Shown here in pieces: positions 1 through 13,834 of a stretch of 64,000 bases of DNA. How positions within the stretch are numbered: position 1 is the first letter of the stretch; every line of letters starts with the position of its first letter. The DNA comes from Eukaryota sp. GEM-RC1 (Eukaryota). Made by a program: the position numbers and the translations under genes. Below the pieces are notes generated by a model. The model did not search any database. It was not told the DNA's origin and saw nothing but the letters and a program-made list of their open reading frames with translations. The stretch covers positions 1 to 64,000 of the forward strand of contig JAUFOQ010000018.1 in assembly GCA_040285855.1 (NCBI GenBank), read 5' to 3'.

Positions 1-2320
1 ATTGGTACAAGACATTGCTAAATGTTGACATTATTTAAAATTTGTCAAACTCAAGTAACACTGTTTTATTCAGATTTGATGTGAATATGAGTACTGTAAG
101 TGGTGATTATGTATAGTGTATTGTTATGTGTCATGTATCAGTGTGTGACTTGTACTTACATGTATAAGTCTATTTGATATTGGTGTACTATTTATGTAAT
201 TGTGATTAAAGACTGTGATTATCAGATAGATTTAAGTCCATCAATAGTTACATTTGATTAACTCTTTGTCATTTGATTTAGTACTATACTATGTATGTAT
301 GTAGTACTATGGTACATGTTTAACTCTATGTGGATCTCATCTACATCACTATCATTATGATTGTGAATGTGGTGAAGGTATGTTGTGAATCTCTAATCAA
401 TTTTGATTGGTTTAGTGATTGTGATCAGCAATTACTAGTACAACTACGCCAATGACTACTCTACTACACTATTAGTGTTAGAGTCATGACACTACATGTA
501 CATAACAATTGATCTGATTTTATTTCAACTCTAATACCACAATTGATGATTGTCTAGTTGATTACAACCACATACCAACTAATCTACGACTCCCATGTTC
601 CAATCAAAATTGATTGAAAAAATGTTTTCACTTGGTATGCTGAAACTGCCTAAAATCAGCTCAAAATGACCTCAATCCGTCTCTCTACGTGATTTTTGAA
701 AAGTGATTTTGATTGGTATACTAGATCTACTCAGAATCACCTCAAAGTGACTCACAATCAACGAATTTACATGATTTTCGACTAACAATCAGATTTTGAC
801 TCCCATGTAACTCCTCACCAATCGCACTTGAACACTTCTAATTGCTTGTACACGTCATCTACAGGGGCCCTAGTACCCTATGTAGTACTCAAGTTCCCAA
901 AAACAAAAAAACATTTGAAGGCCAATGGGATTGCGTTTACAAAATTGTCTCCAACTCGAGCCGCCGCAAGTACATCACGCGGCTCGATTGTTTTTACAAT
1001 GAAACGCAATCAGAACTATCTTATCACCATCGTACTAGGGCCTAGTGTAGTGCTCAAGTCCACTTCGACTTGGTGTAGGGCCTCAAACGAGTTCACAAAC
1101 CCCTAATACATGATGATCCCATTTTACATTTGTCACAAGAAGAAACTTTTTATAAAAGTTTAAACATTTCCCCAATAGGAGGCTCTGAGGCCAGGTACTA
1201 AAAGGGCGACTACTCCTCTATCACCAATGCAGTGCACCTATTATCCAAGGCACAGGGCCCTCAAACAATAAACACAACAACACAGCGAACGAAGATGTCT
1301 AGCGGAATTGTCCAAGAATCCATTGGTTACCCAACATCTCTCAGACTATCCTCGTGCAGCCAGTTTTATGGCGTAGAAACACGGCAGATCGATAAATCAA
1401 TCTACAACTAACCTATTACAGTCCCATACCATGCAGGACTTTACTAAAAATCTAGTCAATGACTTTCACATAGTATCATTGACTTTGGTAGCTACTACAG
1501 TTGGTCGGTTACTGTTTGTAGTGTATACACAACATTCTGTGCTTGTACCACTTTATTGTTCCCATCAAATCCATCACCAATTTCAGCACTAAGTACTACT
1601 GTGGTGTTGTCTTTAATGGGTAAAGTAGTCGTTGACTTGTCTATATAAAAATAATAAAGACTCGTCCTTTGACAATGTACTGCTACTACCGACAGTCAAT
1701 GTCAATTAAACTCAAAAATCTTAGTCGTTTTTACGAAATTTATAGTTTTCACTATTGTTTCCTACTAAGTGTATTCGAGTGTGGTACTGTCGTTTGATCC
1801 ACGGCACAGACATGAACCATCAAGTACCATGGTTGAGACATGCACTAGTCACTTGAGGCATTTGGACTGTCAGTATTAGATACCAACAGTCTTGGCTTAT
1901 AGATATGATTCCAAAACAGAACCACTACAAACCTTAAAGTATTAAGACTCTAGTTACTACACAGGTCTCTACTCTTTGGTGTTATCATTGGTTTTAGTCA
2001 ATGATACTTCAACCTTAGTCATTACAACCAAGGTCTAACCATCATTTTATGCAACCAGACCTAAACACATGCATCTTATATCATCTTAGCATTTTGAATA
2101 ACCAAGAATGACAAAGACATAGTCTCAACCATCTCAACCATTAGCTACTTAGATACATACATACTTATATACAATCTTGAGCAACTATGATCGGACTCAA
2201 CTATGACTAACTCATTGTATGTTCACCACACAACGAATCAAGCCAACTCTTGTTGAGTTAGCATTAAACCCCCTTCCTAGTGGTCCAATTAAAGAGAGCA
2301 TGTTTAACCACGCCTTCTCC

Positions 2321-2863
2321 AGAACTAGGAACATCAGATGAGCCTCAGTAACTCGTGTCAATACAACACTTGTACGTACAGCACTGCGTTCCATATCTGA
2401 GTCGTCTACTCAGGTTCCACGCACCAGCAAGTCTTCATAGTTTCAATGATCAATGACTAGTCTTCGACCAATCACCAATCTCACTAGTGTGATATTGGGG
2501 CGATGCAAACACCACCCTAATCTTTATCGATTAGTTCTGCTGGACAATATGTGGATCTTTCTAGGCTGGATACTAACTTAGAGGCGTTCAGTTATAATCC
2601 AACATACGTAGCTTCGCAGCAATGCCTTTTCAGACAACCGCATAAACCAACTGTATGATGCAAGGGTTCCTCTCGTACTGACTTGCATTACTATTAGATC
2701 CACTAACAATCAGTAGGGTAAAAACTAACCTGTCTCGACGGTCTAAACAGCTCACGTTCCTTTTAATGGGTGAACAATCCAACGCTTTGAGAATTCTGCT
2801 TCTCAATGATAGGAAGAGCCGACATCGAAGAATCAAAAGCAACGTCGCTATGAACGCTTGGCT

Positions 2864-2906
<43 letters not shown>

Positions 2907-3260
2907 AGCTTAAAATTCCTAAAACTAAAGGATCGATAGGCCATGCTTTCACAGTTTGTATTCTTACTGAAAATCAAAATCAAATGAGCTTTTACCCATA
3001 TACTCTACGTGAGATTTCTGTCCTCACTAGGCTCACCTTAGGACACCTCCGTTATTATTTTGGAGATGTGCCGCCCCAGCCAAACTCCCCATCTGATAAT
3101 GTCCTCAAATCCAATCACACCGAAGTGCTTAGGTCTTGAAACAGGTAAACCTGTCTCGGATTAATTGAGTGAGCAAACCAATGTCAAGAGTCAGGGTGTT
3201 TCATTGTCGACCGAAGTCTCCCCCTGTACACTACACCTCCTGAATCAGTTCACAATATCA

Positions 3261-3298
<38 letters not shown>

Positions 3299-3304
3299 GA
3301 TTTA

Positions 3305-3338
<34 letters not shown>

Positions 3339-3362
3339 CTAGTAGGTAGGGACAGTGCGAAC

Positions 3363-3395
<33 letters not shown>

Positions 3396-5193
3396 GTGAC
3401 GAGGCATTTATTACAGAGAGTCATAGTTACTCCCGCTGTTTACCCGTGCTTGATTGAATCTCTTCACAATGACATTCAGAGCACTGAGCAGAAATCACTT
3501 TCTGTCATCACCGTTTCCGGCCATCAGAGCTTTGTTTCGATTAAACAGTCGGGTTCGCTTTGTCCGTTACAGTTCTAGGTTGATCTTTAATTGCACAGAG
3601 TTATCCCAACAGGTCCAGCTTTGCCAACAGCCCAGAGTTGCCTCAAGCCGTCGACTCCACCTTCACTGCCAGGGCCTCCATACAAGACCCTAGAGCCAAT
3701 CCTTATCCCGAAGTTACGGATCTATTTTGCCGACTTCCCTTACCTACATTATGCTATTGACCAGAGGCTACACCTTGGAGACCTGATGCGGTTATCGGTA
3801 CGGACATTGATGAAGTACTCGCCCTAGATTTTCAAGGGCCGTGAAGATACACCAGACACTACAATTAAGCAGTGCTCTTTCCGCGTTACCTCCATTTCTC
3901 CAGCTAAGCTGATTCCATGGACGCTACACAGTTAATAAGAAAAGATAACTCTTCCTGGGATCCTTCCCGGCATCTCTAAGTTTGATTGTGTTACTGCACA
4001 CCCATCAATGGTGCAGGAATATTAACCTGCTTCCCTTTCCACGTGATAGGACATAAATGCCCTCTCCTAAGAGTTAACCCGCGTGTTAGGACCGACTAAC
4101 CCATGGCAGAATACCTTTACCATGGAACCCTACTCCACTTCGGTCAACAAGATTCTAACTTGTTTATTTGCTACTACCACCAAGATCTGTACTGGAGGCT
4201 GCTCCAGTCCACCTCACGATGAACCTTCAACGCAACCCCACACCTCCCTACACATTGGGGCATCAAATACCTCAATGGACATGTATAGTGGCATACTTTA
4301 GCGCCATCCATTTTCAGGGCTAATACATTTGGCAGGTAAGTTGTTACACACTTCTGAGCGGATTCCGACTTCCATGGCCACCGTCCTGCTGTCTAAATGT
4401 ATCAACACCTTTTGTGGTTTCTAGGTGAACGTGCAATTAGGCACCTTAACGTGACGTCCGGTTCATCCCGCATCGCCAGTTCTGCTTACCAAAATGGCCC
4501 TTAGAACTCATATTCAAACGCCACAATCACAAAAGTATTGCAGAGTGTCTTGCCCATTTAAAGTTTGAGAATAGGCTAGAGCATTGCGCCCCTAGTACCT
4601 CTAATCATTAGCTTTACCGGACAAAACTAACACGAGCTCCAGCTATCCTGGAAACTTCGGGAGGAACCAGCTACTAGCCGCTTCGATGAGTCTTTCGCCC
4701 CTATACCCAAATTCGACGAGTGATTTGCGTCAACATCGCTGCGGACTTCCACCAGAATTTCTCCTGGCTTCATCCTACTCAGGCATAGTTCAGCGGCTTT
4801 CGGGTCGTATCCGTACTGCTCATACGCGGATCTCTTTACAAGAACCGGTTGGAGTTGCAAGCCGAAGCCATCACTCCATGAAATTACTTTCATTGCGCGT
4901 CTCGGGTTTTCCACCCTAACACTCGCATATATGTTAGACTCCTTGGTCCGTGTTTCAAGACGGGACAGTTGGACCCTTTATTGGAGTCTCGGCCGAAGCC
5001 GTATACCTGCCTCAGAAGAATGTCAATGCCAAGGCTATAACACCACTAACAACCAGAAGTCATCAATGGCTACCTTCCTCAACACATTCAAACTCCCAAA
5101 GGCACTCCAATTCCGACAACCGAAGCTGTCTACTGTGGGGGCCAACCGCTTATCCTATTAGTGATTTCAGGTACTTTTAACTCTCTCTTCAGA

Positions 5194-5224
<31 letters not shown>

Positions 5225-5570
5225 GAACTATCGGTCTCCAACTATATTTAGCTTTACGGGAATCTTACCCGCATTTAACGCTGCATTTCCAAACAGCGCG
5301 ACTCTCGGAACACCAACGGTGATTCAGTCATTCGATGTCATGTGCAAGTTTTCACCTCCACGATACCCTTTTCAAGGGTTTGTACACCGAGGACCAAACG
5401 CTGGAGTCCTTAGACCACATGTCGTCACAGCCAAAGGCCATGAAGATTTAGTCTTGAGCTTTTTCCTGTTCGTTCGCCACTACTAAAGGAAATCATAGTT
5501 ATTTTCTTTTCCTCCCCTTATTGATATGCTTAGGAGTCCAGGGGGTACTCCTACTTGAAATCAGGCCATT
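2321..5570 (-). rRNA. 28S (LSU) rRNA, unit 1
   Basis: Reverse complement contains the sarcin-ricin loop AGTACGAGAGGAAC, PTC segments (GGGATAACTGGCTTGTGGC) and GCATATCAATAAG near the 5' end. Ends estimated by analogy with yeast 25S. Confidence 0.97.
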
Positions 5571-5735
5571 TTAATGGTTAGGACCGAGATCCTCAACTAC
5601 ACATCAGTAAATAATCAAGCTATTGCAAAGTTGCCTTCAACAACAGTAATGACCATCAACAGTCAATTACAGAAGATGTATTTAAGATCAGAAGATATAC
5701 TTCAAACCCAATCAACCCGAAGGTTAAAGTGCATA

Positions 5736-5898
5736 CGACACTGATTCAAGTATACCCTAACAACGCCGAAGCATTGAAAGGGTGCCATGTGCGTTCAAAA
5801 TTTCGATGTTTCACAGGTTCTGCAATTCGCATTACGTATCGCATTTCGCTGCGTTCTTCATCGATCTTGGAGCCGAGACATCCATCACTAAGAGTCTT
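5736..5898 (-). rRNA. 5.8S rRNA, unit 1
   Basis: GATGAAGAACGCAGCGAAATGCGATACGTAATGCGAATTGCAGAA on the minus strand, between 18S and 28S. Confidence 0.97.
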
Positions 5899-6017
5899 TT
5901 AATTTCAAACACTGTAAACAGCGTCTAAAAGGTTTTTAAATTTTATAATAAATGAATTGGTTCGTTATTAAGGTTAAGTTATAGTGAAGCTCAACTTGCG
6001 TCAAGCAACACGTCGAC

Positions 6018-6150
6018 AATGATCCATCCGCAGGTTCACCTACGGATACCTTGTTACGACTTCTCCTTCCTCTAAATAGTAAGATTCACCCAATTTTCCC
6101 ACCAGACCTTGCTTTGCAGCTTGATCCAGCGAGTCCAAAGGTTTCACCTC

Positions 6151-6202
<52 letters not shown>

Positions 6203-6649
6203 TTCAGTGCATGCTGATGACATGCACTTACAAGTTATTCCTCGTTCAAGACCCATAATTGCAAGGGTCTATCCCAGTCAAGACAGACATTCTCAAGATT
6301 ACCCAAACTTTTCAGTTAAGGACAAACTCGTTGAATCTGCCATTGTAGCGCGCGTGCGTAGAACATCTAAGGGCATCACAGACCTGTTATTGCCTAAACC
6401 TTCCTCTGTGTAAAACCACAGCAGTCTCGCTAAGAAGAACAACCTATCCGAAAATAAGCTATCCTATTTAGCGACTTAGATCTCGTTCGTTATCGGAATT
6501 AACCAGACAAATCCTCCACCAACTAAGAACGGCCATGCGCCACTAACCGTAAGATCATGAAAGAGCTATCAATCTGTCAATCCTTATTACGTCTGGACCT
6601 GGTAAGTTTCTCCGTGTTGAGTCAGATTAAGCCGCAGGCTCCACAACTA

Positions 6650-6702
<53 letters not shown>

Positions 6703-7783
6703 GTTACCCAAGAACTTATGGTTTCCCATAAGGTGCTCAGAGGGTCGTATGTTAACGCCTCCAAATCCCTAGTCGGCATAGTTTATGGTTGAGACTACGA
6801 CGGTGTCTAATCGTCTTCGATCCCCAACTTTCGACCTTGATTAATGAGAACATCTTTGGCAAATGCTTTCGCGTAGTTAGTCATCCGGCAATCCAAAATT
6901 TCACCTCTGACACCGGAGTACTAATGCCCCAACTGTCCCTTTTAATCATTACTCTAGTCCTCAAAACCAATAAAACAGAACCAAAGTCCTATTCCATTAT
7001 TCCATGCTAAGTTATTCAATTGCATAAAGCCTGCTTTGAACACTCTAATTTTTCAAAGTAAACGGTCTAAATTCAATAACCACCGCCGAAGCAAATGATC
7101 ATTGTCCTTAGACTTAAGAGCTTGCCATCCAACAGGTTAGACCCATCGGACAACAAACTCTGACTTTCAACTACGGACGATTTAAACGCAGCAATTTTAA
7201 GATACACTACTAGAGCTGGAATTACCGCGGCTGCTGGCACCAGACTTGCCCTCTAGTAGCTCCTCGTTAAAGGTTTTAAGTTGTACTCATTCCAATTACG
7301 AACTCAAAGAGCCCAGTATTGTTATTTTTGTCACTACCTCCTCGTGTTGAGATTGGGTAATTTTCGCGCCTGCTGCCTTCCTTGGATGTGGTAGCCGTTT
7401 CTCAGGCTCCCTCTCCGGAATCAAACCCTAATTCCCCGTTACCCGTCATAACCACCGTAAGCCACTACCTTACGGTTTAGTTGATGGGCAGTGATTTAAG
7501 CGATATGTCGCCGTCCGAAGACATGCGATCAGCATAGTTATTATGAATCACCAAAGACCTGTTGCCAGGATTGGTTTTGTATCTAATAAATGCATCACTG
7601 TTGCCAATGATTGAGTGCATGTATTAGCTCTAGAATTACCACGGTTATCAAGTAGTAAGTACTATCGCATAAATTATCACTGATTTAATGAGCCATTCGC
7701 AGTTTCGGAGAAAACTCCTGAACTTAGACATGCATGGCAATCTTTGAGACAAGCATATGCCTACTGGCAGGATCAACCAGGTA
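6018..7783 (-). rRNA. 18S (SSU) rRNA, unit 1
   Basis: Starts TACCTGGTTGATCCTGCCAG, ends GGTGAACCTGCGGATGGATCATT, and contains GTGCCAGCAGCCGCGGTAATTCC. Confidence 0.98.
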
Positions 7784-10700
7784 TCATCAGTGATAGCCAA
7801 TCATCTTGCGACGACTGACTTCAAAGCTATGACATCCTGTTTTAAATCAACCATCAGATGGTCGATTCGTGTTGATCATTTGATCTTTTCACATGTCCCA
7901 ACTAGTAGCCTGATAACCACTAATCGTTCCATATGATGTACCTTTAGATAGATTGCATGAACTTCAATTCATCTTCTTTCAGTACAGTGGGTGCATTCAA
8001 ACCTTAATGTTTCCATCTTGGCTTTCGTACAACACCATTTTGTTACCAAAGTAACAGGGGTCATTCGAACAAAAATCAATACAACATTGATAAACATTGT
8101 AAAAAAGACCATGTAAGAACATGACTTTAGTATACCTAACCGAAATCAGAATTACTCTGACATCTGAGAGGTACACCCTACATATATGCCAAGTTTTTCA
8201 TTTATATACCTTTTTACCAACAATGACTCGGATGACCATACCTAAATAGCTCAAATCCGCAATAAAAATGGTCCCAAAAACTTTCAAAAAATCAGAAAAA
8301 CTTGTAACTTTTCTGGGGGCCAAAAGTTCGGAACTTTTCTGGGGTAGGGGCCAAAAAAGTTTGGAACTTTCAGGGTCATTTGAGTTGGTTTTTCGATGAA
8401 AACTGGTTGGGGTCTTTTGACTCGACTTGGTATTACGTTTGTAATTGATTATTTGCACTAAATAATGGATAGAATTGTATTTTTGTAAAATTTGGAATAG
8501 TTGATTGTTATCGATTGATTGATGACCTGGTATGATTGTTGACTGTCATAGGGGTCAAAATGATTCCGATGGATTTAAGATGTACCAAAGGTATCTTTTG
8601 AATGTCGTTGTGTAACTAGTGGAGGTGCAATCACAATCAAATTTAGGTCAAAATGATTTTCTCCGAGAACAGCTCATGACAGTCAATCATGTTATACCTA
8701 TCATCATTAACATCCATTGCCCATGTTTGTACGAAGTTAGAACGTTCGAACATTTCTAGAGACTGTGCACAAGTGGAAAGAGTGTTGAAAGTGTCGAAAT
8801 CGAGATTACTCAGGAGTTGAGCTCAGTTTGATACTTTTAACACTGCACATCATTATCTATGCATACAATAATCTAATAGATCTGTTGACAGCATCTGTTG
8901 AATCAGTTTCATCTTTACTCCAGTAGTGTTTGAATATTGGTCAAGTTCAATTAGTCCTCAGTCATGACTGTTGATACATTTTGATTTCTTCTTTAATACA
9001 GTTATGTACCATACCAATGTGCAAATGGCACACCTATGGGTGCATGATCATATGATTGCAGGAAAAAGTTTTTGTATAAGTATGTAATTTAATCTTACTA
9101 CTAGTAAACTATCATGTGAAAGGGGACATTGGATTCTCTTAATATACATTCTGTTCAGTTTATGTACACACATATTATAGTAACCCAACAGTACTGGATC
9201 GCCTCTCAAGTTGACATGGTGAATTAAATTTTAGTCAAAATAGTTAAATTCTATCTTTGAGTGGTTACTTTGGAATTGTCTATAACTGTGCACCAGTGTT
9301 ACTATGGTGGTGTTCATGTGTAGTACAACAATCACAATCATCATGACGGTCGACAAAAGCAGGAGTATGGTCAAATTTGAAAATGAACAAAACCACTTCT
9401 ACAACACTTGCAGTTGGTTTCACATGCTCACACAAGAGTAGAACCAATATCAATGTCAAACACCAAAAGTCAATCAAAATTGTATCACAGTCAATCAGCA
9501 TCATTCACAGCAATTATGCCACTGCATCACGTAAATCCAAAATATCAAAATCAACACCATCTAGTCCAAAGAAACAATTAAAACTGTATATCAGTACATT
9601 GGCAGATCGTTTCTACATCAACACAACACTTTTACAAACAATGACTATTACCACTGTACAATGTAAATAATGACCCTAATTCATCAACTCAAGTCTTTAT
9701 GTTTTGAAACTTTTCACCTCGACTATAGTGTCGAACTGACCAAGTATAAAATGTTGACCACAGTACATGTGAAAATTAAAAGTCTTTGAAACTTGGTATA
9801 TGTTATACCAATGGGTTGTTAACATCATATAGATGATGTATTGGTAATATCAGTGACATTGGTTGGTAAAGTGTATGGTCTTTAGTTATTGGTAATTTTG
9901 AAGTGTACATGAAAGTTGTAAATTTCCACTTTTAACACCTTAACTGATGATCTTGAGAAGTTATATATTGGTTTGGAATCAATTTTATCTGAGTCGAATG
10001 TTTTCATTTTGACTTGGTAGTACTAGTGTATGAGTATCAAAGTGACAAAATGAATGTTATGGATATTAAACAGTTGTACTAGTACTAGTAGTAGTATCAC
10101 TGTAGTAGTGTTCACAGTGAATATTAGCTGTTGAATTAAATTCTGTGGTAAAAGTGGTCATTGGTGGATTTTGTTTTGTCAGTCCTTTGATGTCACTTTG
10201 GTTTTATTTGTTTTTGTTTTCTGGCGGTGTGTAGTGGTTTGATAGTTAACAAGTGTACATATTAAATTAGGTTTGTTCAAGTCAAGTTGTATGTTTGGTA
10301 TATAATGAGTATTTTGGTATTAAAAATGAGTCACTTGAGCACTAGTTTTGATTATTACATAGTGGTTTAGTAAGTGTTTTTGTATAGTGTGGTTGATGTA
10401 AAAATTTAAAATTCAATATGTTTGATTTCTATTTTTATTACTTTAATGTGTGTAATTGTGTTGTAATTCGTTGAATTGGAGTTAATGTATATGGTTTTGG
10501 ATCCTAATAAACAATATGATGATACATATAGGTATATATCACAATCAATCAATTTTGATTGGTACCAAGATTTAAGCCCAATATTGGTTCTACTTACTAC
10601 CTTGAGATTTGTTTACGTGTTTAGACTTGTTTATTGGACAGTGTAGTGTGTGTATTGCTGGTTGAAGCTTCACAGATGAGTATAAAGTTGGTGTATCTGA

Positions 10701-10946
10701 TAGTAGTCGAATTATTAATGTTTATTAAAAGTATTACTAATATTTTACAACAATATTAGTTGAATTTGAATCTTTTGCTTTTTGATTGTACTAATGTTAC
10801 TGTATGTGTGTTACTAACTGTAGTACAACTTTAGTTCAATATAACATTCATTTATTACACAGTTATACTGAGTTCCCAAAATTTGCAACGTCACATCACA
10901 CAAATCACTACCCAAGGTACAAAATAACTACCCAATAACAAACAAA

Positions 10947-11066
10947 AGAATGCAGCACTCAGTGTTCGCTTGTGGTCTCCCACCAAACTACTAACTAAGC
11001 CTTTGGCCACTTAACTTCGGAATTCGGAATGGGATCCGGTGCTATGGACCAAGTATGGCCGCATTC
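10947..11066 (-). rRNA. 5S rRNA in the intergenic spacer, unit 1
   Basis: ~120 nt, GAATGCGGCCATAC...GATCCCATTCCGAATTCCGAAGTTAAG...TTAGTAG...GGGAGACC...GCTGCATTC. The ends pair, and a TTTT Pol III terminator follows. Confidence 0.95.
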
Positions 11067-12427
11067 ATGGGTTATTGTGATTGTGGGTTTAAGCTTGATG
11101 AGTAGTATACTATTGGTGTGGTAATACTAATACACTTGGTATGTGATTTGTACTTTTGTTAGTACATTGAGTCATGTTCATAGTAGTAGATATATTGTAC
11201 ATGGTGATGTTGTTACTATGACACAATTTTGATACAAACTTATAACCTTTAGAAGTTGAGTCTGACCAATTATCTTGTATATGTGTGACATAGTATTACA
11301 CTGTTTTAACAATATGTTTATGTTTGGTAGTATGTGGTATTGTTAATGTTGTGTGATTCAAAATTTGTATAGTTTCAAGTGTCAATATTAAGATGTATGT
11401 AACATGTGTAGTCTAGTGATATGGTGTAGTAGTAGTACAGATGTTTTGTCATTAACATTTGTGATTTTGCATAGATTTATAAAACTATTGGTACAAGACA
11501 TTGCTAAATATTTGACATTATTTAAAATTTGTCAAACTCAAGTAACACTGTTTTATTCGATTTGATGTGAATATGAGTACTGTAAGTGGTGATTATGTAT
11601 AGTGTATAGTATGTGTCATGTATCAGTGTGTGACTTGTACTTACATGTATAAGTCTATTTGATATTGGTGTACTATTTATGTAATTGTGATTAAGACTGT
11701 GATTATCAGATAGATTTAAGTCCATCAGTTACATTTGATTAACTCTTTGTCATTTGATTTAGTACTATACTATGTATGTATGTAGTACTATGGTACATGT
11801 TTAGCTCTATGTGGATCTCATCTACATCACTATCATTATGATTGTGAATGTGGTGAAGGTATGTTGTGAATCACTCTAATCAATTTTGATTGGTTTAGTG
11901 ATTGTGATCGGCAATTACTAGTACAACTACACGCCAATGACTACTCTATACTACACTATTAGTGTTAGAGTCATGACACTACATGTACATAACAATTGAT
12001 CTGATTTTATTTCAACTCTAATTACCACAATTGATGATTGTCTAGTTGATTACAACCACTATACCAACTAATCTACGACTCCCATGTTCCAATCAAAATT
12101 GATTGAAAAATGTTTTCACTTGGTATGCTGAAACTGCCTAAAATCAGCTCAAAATGACCCTCAATCCGTCTCTCTACGTGATTTTTTGAAAAGTGATTTT
12201 GATTGGTATACTAGATCTACTCAGAATCACCTCAAAGTGACTCACAATCAACGAATTTACATGATTTTCGACTAACAATCAGATTTTGACTCCCATGTAA
12301 CTCCTCACCAATCGCACTTGAACACTTCTAATTGCTTGTACACGTCATCTACAGGGCCCTAGTACCCTATGTAGTACTCCAAGTTCCCAAAAAAGGCTCT
12401 AAAAATGACCATTTGAAAGGCCAATGG

Positions 12428-12514
12428 GATTGCGTTTACAAAATTGTCTCCAACTCGAGCCGCCGCAAGTACATCACGCGGCTCCCGAGTTACAACAATT
12501 TTGTAAACGCAATC
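12428..12514. repeat. Long spacer stem-loop (other copies at 929-1011, garbled, and 24060-24148)
   Basis: Perfect 20-21 bp arms gattgcgtttacaaaattgt / acaattttgtaaacgcaatc, plus inner helices aactcg/cgagtt and agccgc/gcggct. Confidence 0.9.
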
Positions 12515-13805
12515 AGAACTAATCTTATCACCATCGTACTAGGGCCTAGTGTAGTGCTCAAGTCCACTTCGACTTGGTGTAGGGTACCTCAAACGAGTTC
12601 CCCACAAACCCCTAATACATGATGATCCCATTTTACATTTGTCACAAGAAACTTTTTATAAAAAGTTTAAACATTTCCCAATAGGAGGCTCTGAGGCCAG
12701 GTACTAAAAGGGCGACTACTCCTCTATCACCAATGCAGTGCACCTATTATCCAAAGGCACAGGGCCCTCAAACAATAAACACAACAGCGAACGAAGATGT
12801 CTAAGCGGAATTGTCCAAGATCCATTGGTTACCCAACATCTCTCAGACTATCCTCGTGCAACCAGTTTATGGCGTAGAAACACGGCAGATCGATAAATCA
12901 ATCTACAACTAACCCTATTACAGTCCCAGTACCATGCAGGACTTACTTAAAAATTAGTCAATGACTTTCACATAGTATCATTGACTTTGGTAGCATACAG
13001 TTGGTCGGTTACTGTTTGTAGTGTATACACAACATTCTGTGCTTGTACCACTTTATTGTTCCCATCAAATCCATCACCAATTTCAGCACTAAGTACTACT
13101 GTGGTGTTGTCTTTAATGGGTAAAGTAGTCGTTGACTTGTCGATATAAAAATAATAAAGACTCGTCCTTTGACAATGTACTGCTACTACCGACAGTCAAT
13201 GTCAATTAAACTCAAAAATCTTAGTCGTTTTTACGAAATTTATAGTTTTCACTATTGTTTCCTACTAAGTGTATTCGAGTGTGGTACTGTCGTTTGATCC
13301 ACGGCACAGACATGAACCATCAAGTACCATGGTTGAGACATGCACTAGTCACTTGGACGTGCATTTGGACTGTCAGTATTAGATACCAACAGTCTTGGCT
13401 TATAGATATGATTCCAAAACAGAACCACTATAAATCTTAAGAGTATTAAGACTCTAGTTACTACACAGGAGTCTCTACTCTTTGGTGTGTTATCATTGGT
13501 TTTAGTCAATGATACTTCAACCTTAGTCATTATAACCAAGGTCTAACCATCATTTATGCAACCAGACCTAAACACACATGCATCTTATATCATCTTAGCA
13601 TTTTGAATAACCAAGAATGACAAAGACACATAGTCTCAACCATCTCAACCATTAGCTACTTAGATACATACATACTTATATACAATCTTGAGCAACTATG
13701 ATCGGACTCAACTATGACTAACTCATTGTATGTTCACCACACAACGAATCAGCCAACTCTTGTTGAGTTAGCATTAAACCCCTTCCCTAGTGGTCCAATT
13801 AAAGA

Positions 13806-13833
13806 GAGAAGGCATGTTTAACCACGCCTTCTC
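13806..13833 (-). other. 3' ETS hairpin just after the 28S end (also 25454-25481); candidate processing/termination signal
   Basis: Minus strand GAGAAGGCGTG-GTTAAA-CATGCCTTCTC, an 11-bp stem with one G-U pair, abutting the inferred 28S 3' end. Confidence 0.55.
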
Positions 13834-13834
13834 C

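Noticed and set aside
1..11486. Unit 1 being 143 bp shorter than unit 2 as real length variation
   Set aside because: The differences are scattered 1-3 nt losses in homopolymers and dinucleotides, typical of a low-coverage long-read consensus.
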